A DNA stretch of 63,842 bases, filler included, from Octopus bimaculoides (taxonomy: Eukaryota), in assembly GCF_001194135.2 (NCBI RefSeq). It is 9 parts of 9 records of this genome, joined end to end, with 100 filler letters (N's around TTAATTAATTAA, not from the genome) between each part and the next. Parts side by side here need not be neighbours in the genome. Positions count along the whole stretch, not along the records: positions 9,516 to 25,797 come from NC_069002.1; 8 more parts are not named here. One strand, given 5' to 3'. A program made the position numbers and the translations under genes. The notes under the pieces are model-generated. The model worked only from the letters and a program-made list of their open reading frames with translations, had not been told where the DNA came from and did no database searches. Below are positions 11,946 through 24,949 of this stretch, one piece after another (positions within the stretch are counted from its first letter, which is position 1; each line of letters starts with the position of its first letter).

Positions 11946-12644
11946 NNNNNNNNNNNNNNNNNNNNNNNNNNNNNNNNNNNNNNNNNNNNNNNNNNNNNNN
12001 NNNNNNNNNNNNNNNNNNNNNNNNNNNNNNNNNNNNNNNNNNNNNNNNNNNNNNNNNNNNNNNNNNNNNNNNNNNNNNNNNNNNNNNNNNNNNNNNNNNN
12101 NNNNNNNNNNNNNNNNNNNNNNNNNNNNNNNNNNNNNNNNNNNNNNNNNNNNNNNNNNNNNNNNNNNNNNNNNNNNNNNNNNNNNNNNNNNNNNNNNNNN
12201 NNNNNNNNNNNNNNNNNNNNNNNNNNNNNNNNNNNNNNNNNNNNNNNNNNNNNNNNNNNNNNNNNNNNNNNNNNNNNNNNNNNNNNNNNNNNNNNNNNNN
12301 NNNNNNNNNNNNNNNNNNNNNNNNNNNNNNNNNNNNNNNNNNNNNNNNNNNNNNNNNNNNNNNNNNNNNNNNNNNNNNNNNNNNNNNNNNNNNNNNNNNN
12401 NNNNNNNNNNNNNNNNNNNNNNNNNNNNNNNNNNNNNNNNNNNNNNNNNNNNNNNNNNNNNNNNNNNNNNNNNNNNNNNNNNNNNNNNNNNNNNNNNNNN
12501 NNNNNNNNNNNNNNNNNNNNNNNNNNNNNNNNNNNNNNNNNNNNNNNNNNNNNNNNNNNNNNNNNNNNNNNNNNNNNNNNNNNNNNNNNNNNNNNNNNNN
12601 NNNNNNNNNNNNNNNNNNNNNNNNNNNNNNNNNNNNNNNNNNNN

Positions 12645-12932
12645 TCTCGGACCGGGCTGTGTGTTTGTGTTCTTGAGCAAGATACTTTATTTCATGTTGC
12701 TCCAATTCACTCAACTGTAGAAATGAGTTGTGACGTCACTGGTGCCAAGCTGTATCGGCCACTTTGCCTTTTGTCTTGGATAAGATCGGTGGCATGGAGA
12801 GGGGAGGCTGGCATGCAGGGGTGACTGCTGGTCTTCCATAAACAACCTTGCCTGGATTTGAACCTCGAAGGGGAACTTTCTAGGTGCAATCCCTTGGTCA
12901 TTTATGACCGAAGCGAGTCTTTACCCTTTGCT
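12645..12932 (+). mobile_element. SINE family C (5' end in gap)
   Basis: GTTCTTGAGCAAGA.ACTTTATTTCA..TTGCTCCA.TTCACTCA.CTGTAGAAATGAG body, matching 27193-27523. Confidence 0.85.
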
Positions 12933-13462
12933 CGCAAACGCTTCTTTCATCACTACCTAAGCAAATACAGTGAAGATTATGTTTCGTCGATGAGATCAGA
13001 ATAATATTGAAACATCTACGGTGTTATCTCCCGTACTTCGCTTTTTAATACTCCATGACTTAACTATGTTAAACACTAACATATTTGTTGTTTGTCTTCA
13101 CTTTTATTTTTCACACCAATAATATCACTGAATTATTTAACAATTCTGTTTTCATACACGAATGCACACCCGTAGTTATTGGAGATGATTGACAAGTTCG
13201 TCCCGTACCTCCATGCAATCTAACAAATGTAATTTTGTTTTTCGTAAACTAGACGGATAATGCTGGAACCGTTTTAATAATTGAGAGCCCCTTCTCCAGG
13301 CGGAACGTTGGTTACGCCCATACAATACTTGGGCAGACTTGTGTAATTACTATCTGTCTATTTATCTCTCTGTCTATCTATCTAACTTGTCTGTCTGTCT
13401 GTCGGTCGGATTGTCGGGAGCGTCTGTTTAACTATCAACTTCCTTACCTTCTTGTTAACACG

Positions 13463-13497
<35 letters not shown>

Positions 13498-14209
13498 GTA
13501 CGCACAAACACACCCATATTTTTATAGTTAGGTATTTAACAGTTTATTGCATACGCTACCGTTAACTCCACTATCTGCCTAATTTATCTAATTCTCTGTG
13601 TTTCACTATATATNNNNNNNNNNNNNNNNNNNNNNNNNNNNNNNNNNNNNNNNNNNNNNNNNNNNNNNNNNNNNNNNNNNNNNNNNNNNNNNNNNNNNNN
13701 NNNNNNNNNNNNNNNNNNNNNNNNNNNNNNNNNNNNNNNNNNNNNNNNNNNNNNNNNNNNNNNNNNNNNNNNNNNNNNNNNNNNNNNNNNNNNNNNNNNN
13801 NNNNNNNNNNNNNNNNNNNNNNNNNNNNNNNNNNNNNNNNNNNNNNNNNNNNNNNNNNNNNNNNNNNNNNNNNNNNNNNNNNNNNNNNNNNNNNNNNNNN
13901 NNNNNNNNNNNNNNNNNNNNNNNNNNNNNNNNNNNNNNNNNNNNNNNNNNNNNNNNNNNNNNNNNNNNNNNNNNNNNNNNNNNNNNTATATATTCATATA
14001 TATATGTGTATATGTATGTATACCTATTAATATGTATATTATATGCATGTATGAATGTATGTACGTATATAAGTATGTATGCATTTATGTATGTATGCAT
14101 GTGTATGGATATACACATTTCTCGGAAGCTACTTAATGGTTCATGTATTAAATATTTTAACACTTATCTGTCTTATCTATCTATGCATCTGCCTCTCACA
14201 ATACATACA

Positions 14210-14245
<36 letters not shown>

Positions 14246-14544
14246 TATATTATACAATATATTTCTTCATGAGTTAGCTATTTAATGGCCCGCGTTAACA
14301 CCAATTTAGATATGGCAATATATAACATGGATACAACAGTAGATATAAAACCGTTCCTATCTACCGAGTCAAAACTTTTTAACCCCACCTCCTTGCTATT
14401 AGGATAAGATTTGCAGTATCATTTATTTCCCCTTTGGTCACTTTTGACCTCTGATACACCTAACATCTGACTTATATTGACCTTTTCTTATCCGGAGTTC
14501 CTGTGATTACGAAACTATAATTTTTATCTTTTACTTCTTTAAGT

Positions 14545-14730
14545 TATTGCACTGCGGCCATGTCATTGGAACCGCTGTGAAAGGCCTTAGTCGAACAAAT
14601 CGACCGCAGTGCTTATTTTGTAAAAGTCTGGTACTTATTCTATCGTACCATTTTTTTTTCTGCCTAAACGTTATGTTACCAGGGTAGGCGTAAACAAACC
14701 GACACCGGTTGTCAATCGATGATGGATACA
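14545..14730 (-). mobile_element. SINE family B 3' fragment (diverged)
   Basis: TAGTCGAACAAATCGACC...GGTACTTATTCTATCG...ACACCGGTTGTCAA. Confidence 0.65.
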
Positions 14731-14769
14731 AACTGAAGTCGCACACATTTATACATACAAATTATTAAT

Positions 14770-15702
14770 ATTACGTTCCCCTTGTTTGGGTCCTTTCTTA
14801 GCAGCGTCACAGCCCCCCCTCCCGGGCTCACAGACTTGGGAATCCTCCCATTCTGCTGCCAGTTGGTATAGATGCATGCAAGTAGGTGCCCAAACAAGTC
14901 TGGCATACGACAATACAGTTCACAGGCAACTTGCCCCCGCTGCAATCTGATAACGCTTCCTTCACCCCCGTAGCTGTGATAGGCCCTTCACAAGATTCCG
15001 CTTCCAGCCCCAAGAGACGCGGTGAAGCGGCGAGGAAGTCTGCGATGTCCTCCCATAAAGATGGGCGAAATGCTCGTGAAACACCTTGCACAAATCGGGT
15101 TCGTTTACTGAGCGACCATGTGGGTCCGTCAAAGACCGTATGATTGAGTTATTACCGCGTTGGCTCTCCATCACGCGGGCCCATCCAACCACGTTGATTC
15201 TTTCTTGTCCCATTGCACGTATCTTCGCCCTGACAATGCACCCTTCGTGTTTAGCTTTGAGATGTTGGTCGAGCGCCGCTAAAACTTTGGATGTAGAGCC
15301 TGACCTCATTGCCTCTTCAAGTGCCTTAACTAGATCCCTTTCTACTCTATTTCTAGTACTAGCTAATTCCTTACTGAACCTAATTGACTCAAATTTTATG
15401 GCTCTCTTGAGGGCGTACCACCATTTGTTATTTAGAATGGATCCGGTTAATGCCCTCATAACTAGCTGTCTAATCCGGTTCCTATAGGCTTCACAGTGCA
15501 AGAGCGACTTGTTTAGCTTCCAGTAGCTGGATCCCTGTCTATATAAGCTATCTAAGTTAAGCGTACAGGTCACAAATTTGTGATCATTGTTGTTGACAAT
15601 GTGGTGTTGTGGACAACTAAGTATTTTCTTATCCTTACTTCTTACAATAATCCTGTCTAAATAAAATCTGGACGACCCATCTTTATTTGCCTATGTCCAC
15701 AA
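14770..15702 (-). mobile_element. Tx1/L1-clade LINE ORF2 fragment (APE end to RT start), frameshifted
   Basis: WT*ANKDGSSRFYLDRII...DHKFVTC; QGSSYWKLNKSLL; HEGCIVRAK; CEGPITA.GVKEAL..C..GK.P; ELYCRMPDLFGHLLA..Y..WQQNG.IP...VTLLRKDPNKG. Confidence 0.88.
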
Positions 15703-15799
15703 TACTAGGCTTACAAAGAATAAGTCTTGGGATCGATTTGCTCGACTAAAGGCGGTGCTCCAGCATTGCCGCAGTCAAATGACTGAAACAAGTAAAAGA
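15703..15799 (+). mobile_element. SINE family B 3' tail
   Basis: ACTAGGCTTACAAAGAATAAGTC...GACTAAAGGCGGTGCTCCAGCAT...AAGTAAAAGAG. Confidence 0.8.
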
Positions 15800-17574
15800 G
15801 TATGGGGAGGGACTCGTATATGTTCTGGTCTTTTATATATTTTGGCCGATTTGGCCTGTTCAATCATTTCTTTTAATACTGCATTTTTTACGTTCATAGC
15901 TGTCATATTTTTAACTCTTTTCTTTTTGGGTGATTGGTGGGGAGTGTGTAGGTACTTGGGTGGGTGTGGTATAGGCATAGCAACAGTCACAATTTTACCA
16001 GCTGATTTCCCAACGTTCTCTGCAGTTTACGGAAATTTTATTTATCAATTTCATATTTGTTCATTTATCTTATATATTTTCGCTGTAGTCAACAGCACAT
16101 AGAAAACATCATAAACAAAAATGAATAAATAAAATTATTAAACTTTCTGTAAACTGCTGAGAACGTCCAGAAATCAGCTGACATTTTGTCATCAGATAAT
16201 TTTAAAAATTATATTTAAAAAACTGTGTCCGTAGAGGTGGCTGTAAGACGAAGTCTTTTTTTTATTATTAATTTAATGGTTTCGAGCAACATGTCTTGGA
16301 GTAATGACAATGGCGAATATGTCCCTACTTCGGCAAATGAATAACAACGAAACGTATTTAGAGAGAAAACCATTATACCAACGTTAATTTCAAATTCTTG
16401 CAGAATTACTTTGACAAATGAAATGCACGTTTTACTTGTTGTAATAATGCCGTTTGTTTTTGTTTTTTTTAATCCATTATTTTCTCTGAATTAAGTTGCT
16501 TCAATATTTCCTCAAATGAACACTTTAATTTCACTTTGTCATATTACTGCTGGAAATTTCTCTAAAGGAATCTTTGCAGAAAGGTGAGTAGAAAGGTGAT
16601 TACATATTTCTTTTATTATGTTATCATAGTTTTGTAAAAAATTAGCTGTTATTTCTAGCATGTGAATAGCCTGCTTGAAAATTGAAATTTAATTTTTTTT
16701 TTTGCAAAATCAGCGTCTCCGTATTTTTGTATGTATTTGGCAAAAAAAAAAAAAAAAAAAANNNNNNNNNNNNNNNNNNNNNNNNNNNNNNNNNNNNNNN
16801 NNNNNNNNNNNNNNNNNNNNNNNNNNNNNNNNNNNNNNNNNNNNNNNNNNNNNNNNNNNNNNNNNNNNNNNNNNNNNNNNNNNNNNNNNNNNNNNNNNNN
16901 NNNNNNNNAAAAAAAAGAAATCCGGAAAAAGTGAAAAATAAGGAAATTGGAGGGGTGGGGATTGAAATTTTGGAGTTGCGAATTTTGAAAATTTTAGAAT
17001 CGGAATCTCCATAGCCTAAAACGTGGGATTCTGTAAAAAAAAAAAAAAAAATTGGGGAAGGATTCCGCTTACATCTTCGCCATGTGAGCCCAAAAATCTT
17101 CCTGTAATACATTTCTTGAAGTCTAACTAACATGCCAGTCACTAAAGGGATACACTGGACGGCACCTCTCCCTCACTATTCAATGATGCACCATCAAACA
17201 CACTTATTTCGAAATCCCACTTTAGCTTTATTACAATTAGTGCCCACCCAGAATATTCTGAAGCACCCCCAGGCACCAAGGTTTGGTGAAGGGCCTGCTT
17301 AGGGTATTGTACGTAATGTGCATGCAGTATTACCTTTGCGTGTTATTTATTTATTTTTTTCTATCCGCGACGTTCCTGTAGAATAGAATCGGAAAGAATC
17401 TAATTTCTTCGAATGTGAAAACTTTCAGTGTCGTAAATTGCGATTCTGCAAAAAGAAAAAAAAAAAAACGAGGGCATAGCTGTGTGGTAAGAAACTTGGT
17501 TCCGGGTTCAGTCCCATTGCGTTTTAGACACCAAACTTTATGATTCTTCAAACAGTATATTTTCTATCTTTTAA

Positions 17575-17795
17575 ATGTTTGTCATTAGACTGAGGCCATG
17601 CTGGGGACCTCCTTGAAGGCTCTTTTTTTTTTTAATTGAACAAATCGACATCTGCGCTTGTTTTCTAAAGTCTGGTAGTTATTCTATCCGTAACTTTTGC
17701 CGAATCGCTATGTTATGGGAGCTACGTTACGGAAACGAGTAAACCAAATACCGGCTGTTAAGCGGTGGTGGAGTACCAGTATAACACACACACAC
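17575..17795 (-). mobile_element. SINE family B 3' half (diverged, runs into gap)
   Basis: GTCATTAGACTG.GGCCATGCTGGGG...TTTTGCCGAA.CGCTA.GTTA. Confidence 0.65.
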
Positions 17796-18124
17796 NNNNN
17801 NNNNNNNNNNNNNNNNNNNNNNNNNNNNNNNNNNNNNNNNNNNNNNNNNNNNNNNNNNNNNNNNNNNNNNNNNNNNNNNNNNNNNNNNNNNNNNNNNNNN
17901 NNNNNNNNNNNNNNNNNNNNNNNNNNNNNNNNNNNNNNNNNNNNNNNNNNNNNNNNNNNNNNNNNNNNNNNNNNNNNNNNNNNNNNNNNNNNNNNNNNNN
18001 NNNNNNNNNNNNNNNNNNNNNNNNNNNNNNNNNNNNNNNNNNNNNNNNNNNNNNNNNNNNNNNNNNNNNNNNNNNNNNNNNNNNNNNNNNNNNNNNNNNN
18101 NNNNNNNNNNNNNNNNNNNNNNNN

Positions 18125-18190
18125 CTAACCGTAACCGTAACCCTAAACCCTTCAAACCCTAACCCTAAAACCCTAATCGTAAACCCTTCA
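18125..18190. repeat. Degenerate (TAACCC)n telomere-like tract
   Basis: CTAACCGTAACCGTAACCCTAAACCCTTCAAACCCTAACCCTAAAACCCTAA next to a gap. Confidence 0.7.
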
Positions 18191-18315
18191 AAAGAAATCG
18201 CGCTCTCTGTATCTCTTTCGCTTTTACGACGTCGTTTCCCTCTTTCCCTCCAACACTTTTTACGGAAAAGGCCGATCTTTGGTACTGCTATCGAAGGATC
18301 GCCATAATTTGGAAA

Positions 18316-18510
18316 GCAGTGAGCTGGCAAAATCGTTACCGGACCGGACATGTTGCTCAGTGATAGTTCGTTCCACTACACGTTCTGAGTTCAAATTCTG
18401 TCGAGGTCGATTTTGCCTTTCATCCCTTCGGAGCTACTAAAATAAGTACCAGCTGAATACTGAGATCGACGTAATCGACTTACCTCTCCCCCAAAATTGC
18501 TGGCCTTGTG
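18316..18510 (+). mobile_element. SINE family D
   Basis: GCAGTGAGCTGGCAAAATCG...GAGTTCAAATTC..TCGAGGTCGA.TTTGCCTTTCATCC...AAGTACCAG. Confidence 0.8.
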
Positions 18511-18559
18511 CATCTGCGTCACTGTCTTCAGAGAGAGAGAAGTGCTTTGTCGCCATTTA

Positions 18560-18711
18560 GCATTCTTTCATGATTGTAACTCTAGCGCTCGAGCGTCTAT
18601 CATTGACAAGACCAAACGAGGTCGAAATCGCGATGGATTTATCCCCCTCCCCCGCTAGCAATGAAAACACGAGTGTATTTTGCACAAAAGCCGATATGGT
18701 GTCTACCGCAG
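18560..18711 (-). mobile_element. Unclassified TA|CTGCGGTA repeat (copy 2)
   Basis: Minus strand TA|CTGCGGTAG...ATATCGGCTTTTGTGCAAAATACACTCGTG...TTTGGTCTTGT. Confidence 0.55.
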
Positions 18712-20025
18712 TATAGTTTCTTCTAAGAGAAGATCCAGGTTTAATTGGGGATAACTGTTACCTCCTCATGATTGTATTTGCTTCGATCAGCAAATCTCAT
18801 CTCGTCAGTCTGAATGGGGGTTATATCATTTGTTCCAACCATCTTACTTCGTTGACAATGAGAAGCCATGGTTCTACACACACACACACACACCTCATGG
18901 CACATATGCCAGTCAGTTACCTTTCCTGTTAAGAGTTACTGCTTTGTTTATGGGCGTTTCCGTTACAAAAACGAACGTCGGTTCTAAAATTTCACACACT
19001 CAGATTGCATTGTAATTTCTTGTTGACGTCCAAACAATGAAAAAAAAAAAAAAAAAAACCTTTCCGAACAGAACGTGAAGTTTGATATCCCTCTCGGAGA
19101 CGAGGGATAGGTCGGTATTTTTCATGTCTGTCACGCTTTCGTTTTTCTTGCATGACACTACCTTATCGATAGCAAGGGTCTACTTTTCTGTGGTGCATCC
19201 CCAAGAGACTGTTTTTCTGTAAAAATGCAATTGTTGTTTCCCTATCAAAATGATACGTCTATAGAAATCTTTTAACAGCGAATTTTTCCATTGTTGCTGT
19301 GGATAAATATATTACAGTACAATATATACATATATATATATATATTAATTTATGTATATATTAATATTATCTCGGTTGAAAAAACTTCGATAATGGAAAT
19401 ATGTTAATAGTTACCAGGGTAGCAAAAATTACACGAAAACTGGGATATCATAACCAGTTAATAGGTAGAAATACCAAGTTAAAGTGATGTATTTTGAGTA
19501 GATATGAAGAATAATAATAAATGGAGCAAAACGCNNNNNNNNNNNNNNNNNNNNNNNNNNNNNNNNNNNNNNNNNNNNNNNNNNNNNNNNNNNNNNNNNN
19601 NNNNNNNNNNNNNNNNNNNNNNNNNNNNNNNNNNNNNNNNNNNNNNNNNNNNNNNNNNNNNNNNNNNNNNNNNNNNNNNNNNNNNNNNNNNNNNNNNNNN
19701 NNNNNNNNNNNNNNNNNNNNNNNNNNNNNNNNNNNNNNNNNNNNNNNNNNNNNNNNNNNNNNNNNNNNNNNNNNNNNNNNNNNNNNNNNNNNNNNNNNNN
19801 NNNNNNNNNNNNNNNNNNNNNNNNNNNNNNNNNNNNNNNNNNNNNNNNNNNNNNNNNNNNNNNNNNNNNNNNNNNNNNNNNNNNNNNNNNNNNNNNNNNN
19901 NNNNNNNNNNNNNNNNNNNNNNNNNNNNNNNNNNNNNNNNNNNNNNNNNNNNNNNNNNNNNNNNNNNNNNATTTAATAGAGAAGGCTGTGATAGTTTAAT
20001 TAATTCATTATCTTTACGCTATCTA

Positions 20026-20270
20026 AAGGCGGTGAGCTGACAGAATCTTTAGAGCGTCAGACCAAAATACCTCGCGGTATTCTGATTCATATACATTCTA
20101 AGCTCAACTTCCACCGAAGTCAATTTTGCCATTCATTTCACCGGGGTCATCTTTGCTTTTCCTCTCTCCAGGGTCCATAAAGTACCAGCCAAGTTGTAGG
20201 GGCGATGTAATCGACTTGTTCCTTTCCCCATTCCCTTCAAGATTGCTGCTCCTGTGCCAAAATTAGAAAT
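20026..20270 (+). mobile_element. SINE family D (diverged)
   Basis: GGCGGTGAGCTGACAGAATC head; AAAGTACCAG...GATGTAATCGAC body. Confidence 0.7.
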
Positions 20271-20664
20271 GGAAAGACAGGAGTAAAAATGCCGTTAGTG
20301 GTATTATTAATTCTGACCAAAAAAGGCGACGGAGGAAACCTGGAATTAAGATTAATTAAAGAATACAGTGGGGGAACAAGTGTGGTGGCCAACTCTGTAT
20401 ATATTTCAGCCTTATTAAATTTCATCAGGGAAGCATTAACTATTGTTGCCATATGATTTGATGAAAGCTCAAGCGGAGGCGGCAACGGGTACATCGCGTT
20501 GTCGCCATTATTGTTCAGTTTCCAGTCAGTCCGGATCGAGCAAACTTAAAATCAAAGGCAATCCAGATATGACCACATCGTCCTCCTTTTAGTGTCGGTA
20601 GAGGTGAAGAAATACTGTACGTTGAACTACATTATCCAATATGTCCTTCCTTTTGTTAAACGAT

Positions 20665-20970
20665 GTGGAGGCGCAATGGCCCAGTGGTTAGGGCAGCGGA
20701 CTCGCGGTCATAGGACTGCGGTTTCGATTCCCAGACTGGGCGTTGTGAGTGTTTATTGAGCGAAAACACCTAAAGCTCCACGAGGCTCCGGCAGGGGATG
20801 GTGGCGAACCCTGCTGTACTCTTTCACCACAACTTTCTCTCATTCTTACTTCCTGTTTCTGTTGTGCCTGTAATTCAAAGGGTCAGCCTTGTCACACTGT
20901 GTCATGCTGAATATCCCCGAGAACTACGTTAAGGGTACACGTGTCTGTGGAGTTCTCAGCCACTTGCACG
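20665..20970 (+). mobile_element. SINE family A
   Basis: GTGGAGGCGCAATGGCCCAGTGGTTAGGGCAGCGGACTCGCGG...GTTTCGATTCCC; runs into the gap. Confidence 0.9.
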
Positions 20971-21826
20971 NNNNNNNNNNNNNNNNNNNNNNNNNNNNNN
21001 NNNNNNNNNNNNNNNNNNNNNNNNNNNNNNNNNNNNNNNNNNNNNNNNNNNNNNNNNNNNNNNNNNNNNNNNNNNNNNNNNNNNNNNNNNNNNNNNNNNN
21101 NNNNNNNNNNNNNNNNNNNNNNNNNNNNNNNNNNNNNNNNNNNNNNNNNNNNNNNNNNNNNNNNNNNNNNNNNNNNNNNNNNNNNNNNNNNNNNNNNNNN
21201 NNNNNNNNNNNNNNNNNNNNNNNNNNNNNNNNNNNNNNNNNNNNNNNNNNNNNNNNNNNNNNNNNNNNNNNNNNNNNNNNNNNNNNNNNNNNNNNNNNNN
21301 NNNNNNNNNNNNNNNNNNNNNNNNNNNNNNNNNNNNNNNNNNNNNNNNNNNNNNNNNNNNNNNNNNNNNNNNNNNNNNNNNNNNNNNNNNNNNNNNNNNN
21401 NNNNNNNNNNNNNNNNNNNNNNNNNNNNNNNNNNNNNNNNNNNNNNNNNNNNNNNNNNNNNNNNNNNNNNNNNNNNNNNNNNNNNNNNNNNNNNNNNNNN
21501 NNNNNNNNNNNNNNNNNNNNNNNNNNNNNNNNNNNNNNNNNNNNNNNNNNNNNNNNNNNNNNNNNNNNNNNNNNNNNNNNNNNNNNNNNNNNNNNNNNNN
21601 NNNNNNNNNNNNNNNNNNNNNNNNNNNNNNNNNNNNNNNNNNNNNNNNNNNNNNNNNNNNNNNNNNNNNNNNNNNNNNNNNNNNNNNNNNNNNNNNNNNN
21701 NNNNNNNNNNNNNNNNNNNNNNNNNNNNNNNNNNNNNNNNNNNNNNNNNNNNNNNNNNNNNNNNNNNNNNNNNNNNNNNNNNNNNNNNNNNNNNNNNNNN
21801 NNNNNNNNNNNNNNNNNNNNNNNNNN

Positions 21827-22143
21827 CGTGAAATTAACGTGCAAGTGGCTGAGCACTCCACAGACACGTGTACCCTTAACGTAGTTCTCGGGGATATTCA
21901 GCGTGACACAGTGTGACAAGGCTGACCCTTTGAATTACAGGCACAACAGGAACAGGAAGAAAGAGTGAGAGAAAGTTGTGGTGGAAGAGTACAGCAGGGT
22001 TCGCCACCATCCCCTGCCGGAGCCTCGTGGAGCTTTAGGTGTTTTCGCTCAATAAACACTCACAACGCCCGGTCTGGGAATCGAAATCGCGATCCTCTGA
22101 CCGCGAGTCCGCTGCCCTAACCACTGGGCCATTGCGCCTCCAC
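21827..22143 (-). mobile_element. SINE family A (inverted relative to the 20665 copy)
   Basis: Reverse complement of the 20665 copy with scattered substitutions. Confidence 0.9.
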
Positions 22144-22743
22144 ATTTCTTTATTGAACCCTATTGATTCTCATAGTCATCGATGGTGGCTAACTCCATTC
22201 ATATCTGGCCACCATTGGTTATTTGCGATTTCCTCATCAACCCACTTATTTGCTAATCCGATCTCTATAATATTGACGCGCCAAAATGACACTTTTATCT
22301 TCCAGTAACTGGGTCCGCCTCTATGAAACCGATTTAGGTCGACTGTACAGATCGCGAATTTGTGGTCTGGACGATCCCCAGGCTCTCTTTATAAGGTCTA
22401 CATTAACAACCCCTAGTCTAGAAATTACTTCGGATGCCAGTGATGACAAGCTATAAATGCAAGCAAATTCACCCCCTGTAAATTCACTTAAGGTTTTATT
22501 CACCCCCTGCTTAAAATTTAACTCACCCTTGCGGGTCTATGCGAATAACTGTGTACTAAAAATTTTACCCACCCCACAAGAGTTTATACTAACCCCTTTT
22601 GAGAAATCTTGACCTAGAAAGTTACTCTGGACGTCGGTGATAAGTTATAAATGCAAGCTAGTAACTTGACCCCTTTCATAGACCCTTCAACATTTATTCA
22701 CCCACGTAGACCCCTTTGAGCTTTTATTCACCCCTGTCAGAAA

Positions 22744-23520
22744 TTTTACTCACCCACAAGGTACTATACCAGTGATTCTCGACCATTTTTTATCTAAGAA
22801 CTCCTTTATTTACTATCATTCTGGTGGGTCCATTACTATCATTTTGGTGGGCCCTATAATTTTACTCACCCACAAGGTGCTATACCAGTGATTCTCAACC
22901 ATTTTTTAAATTTAAGAATTCCTTTATTTACTATCATTCTGGTGGGTCCATTACTATCATTTTGGTGGGCCCTATAATTTTACTCACCCACAAGGTACTA
23001 TACCAGTGATTCTCGACCATTTTTTATCTAAGAACTCCTTTATTTACTATCATTCTGGNNNNNNNNNNNNNNNNNNNNNNNNNNNNNNNNNNNNNNNNNN
23101 NNNNNNNNNNNNNNNNNNNNNNNNNNNNNNNNNNNNNNNNNNNNNNNNNNNNNNNNNNNNNNNNNNNNNNNNNNNNNNNNNNNNNNNNNNNNNNNNNNNN
23201 NNNNNNNNNNNNNNNNNNNNNNNNNNNNNNNNNNNNNNNNNNNNNNNNNNNNNNNNNNNNNNNNNNNNNNNNNNNNNNNNNNNNNNNNNNNNNNNNNNNN
23301 NNNNNNNNNNNNNNNNNNNNNNNNNNNNNNNNNNNNNNNNNNNNNNNNNNNNNNNNNNNNNNNNNNNNNNNNNNNNNNNNNNNNNNNNNNNNNNNNNNNN
23401 NNNNNNNNGCTGGGCCCTATAATTTTATTCACCCACAAGGTGCTATACCAGTGATTCTCAACCATTTTTTAAATTTAAGAACTCCTTTATTTACTATCAT
23501 TCTGGTGGGCCTCATAACCA
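22744..23520. repeat. Tandem repeat, 116/118-bp units in two variants, spanning a gap
   Basis: Units start TTTTACTCACCCACAAGG at 22744, 22860 and 22978, and again after the gap at about 23423. Variants: GGTACTAT/TCTCGACC/TATCTAAG versus GGTGCTAT/TCTCAACC/AAATTTAAG. Confidence 0.92.
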
Positions 23521-23709
23521 TTTGATACTTTACAAATTTTAGAGAAGAAATCTAGTTATTTCATGCAATAAAGACATCTAAAGCAAAAATTTTCATGCAT
23601 TCTTAATATACTACTGTGGGTCTCCGCTGTACTATTCTGCTTTCGTGGAGCCCCCAAAATCTTATATGGACCCCCTAGGGGTCATTTAGACTCCGTTTGA
23701 GAACCACTG
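23449..23709. mobile_element. hAT (Charlie-like) MITE
   Basis: Ends CAGTGATTCTCAA ... TTGAGAACCACTG, typical hAT TIRs; the 8-bp TSD is only degenerate. Confidence 0.65.
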
Positions 23710-24550
23710 GTCTTATATGAACAACTTTGATAAACCCTTCTCCAGAAGTTACTCTGGGCGTCAGCAATGACAAATTATACGGTCAGATTCACCCAGGTTA
23801 CTTTCAGGTCAGGCAGTATGGATTTTTCCAGAGATCTTTGTCTGACAGTGTCCCCCGAAAACCAGTTGTTTATAACAGGTTACAACAAGCAATATAGTTC
23901 GAAATTATGTTAAGACAGACATTTTTGTTTTTTTAATTATTTCATTTTAACACAGATTCGTAATATTCCCACGACTAACTGCCTGTGAACTTATGTGGAA
24001 CAGTTACTATGTCATGTGGGTAGGATTAACTTGTTTACTGAGTCCATCGTAAACATTGTTTCGTCGTCTCTTTTAACAAGGAATGTCGGCAGCAGTGGTG
24101 TTGTTGTTGTTGTTGTTGCCGTGCAGCTCCCAAGCGGATCTATTGTTGTGGTTGTTGTTGTTGTTGTTGTTGTTGCGCATGTGCCTAGCAGATCTATAGT
24201 TGTTCTTGTTCAGTCACCAGTCGACCTAGATTGAGCAAATTTATGTGTGATGAAAGGCATTCCAGCCGTGACCATCCCGTTTTTTTAAAAGCGATGGTAC
24301 TCAGACCGACAAATACCAGCCCCTGTGTCCACCGTACCTCTCTCACCTCCCACCACCGCCACAAAGGAAAATAGTGGAAATTTTTTTGATCATTTCTCCC
24401 CGCCCCTTTATTAATGAGAAAAACAAAATAATGGAGTTTGCAGCCACACAATTCTTCTTACTCCGCCATGATGTTGGACAAATTTAACATTTTAAAAACT
24501 ATTTTCATTTAATTAAACATGACAATTTATGTGCTTCGCCCCCACCCCCG

Positions 24551-24594
<44 letters not shown>

Positions 24595-24949
24595 NNNNNN
24601 NNNNNNNNNNNNNNNNNNNNNNNNNNNNNNNNNNNNNNNNNNNNNNNNNNNNNNNNNNNNNNNNNNNNNNNNNNNNNNNNNNNNNNNNNNNNNNNNNNNN
24701 NNNNNNNNNNNNNNNNNNNNNNNCACACACTTTTCATCTTTGCAATCACTGCACCCTATAAAAGAAAAAACAAACCTTTTCAAGGTGTGGTTAGAGAGAG
24801 ATTTAGCTGTCATTTCTAACAGGTCAAATGACTGTATAATATTCTGATTCCTAGTTAATACTTAGAACTAGTGAACATAGTAGTAAGACCCGATTGGTAT
24901 AGTAATTAGTAAAAGTTAAAAATGGTAACTATGGTAGATATACTGTGCA

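Noticed and set aside
12980-13025. TCGATGA...GAAACATC hammerhead-like spacing (similar case at 57880-57925)
   Set aside because: Core deviates at two or more positions and stems are poor; indistinguishable from chance by eye.
18125-18190. True telomere or chromosome end
   Set aside because: Short, degenerate and internal, with ordinary sequence on both sides.
18775-18815. Minus-strand CTGACGA with 5/6 stem II then GAAG
   Set aside because: No stem III, cleavage triplet or stem I can be formed.
22744-23520. CRISPR-like appearance of regularly spaced repeats
   Set aside because: Whole units are repeated with no unique spacers, the context is eukaryotic, and there are no cas genes.
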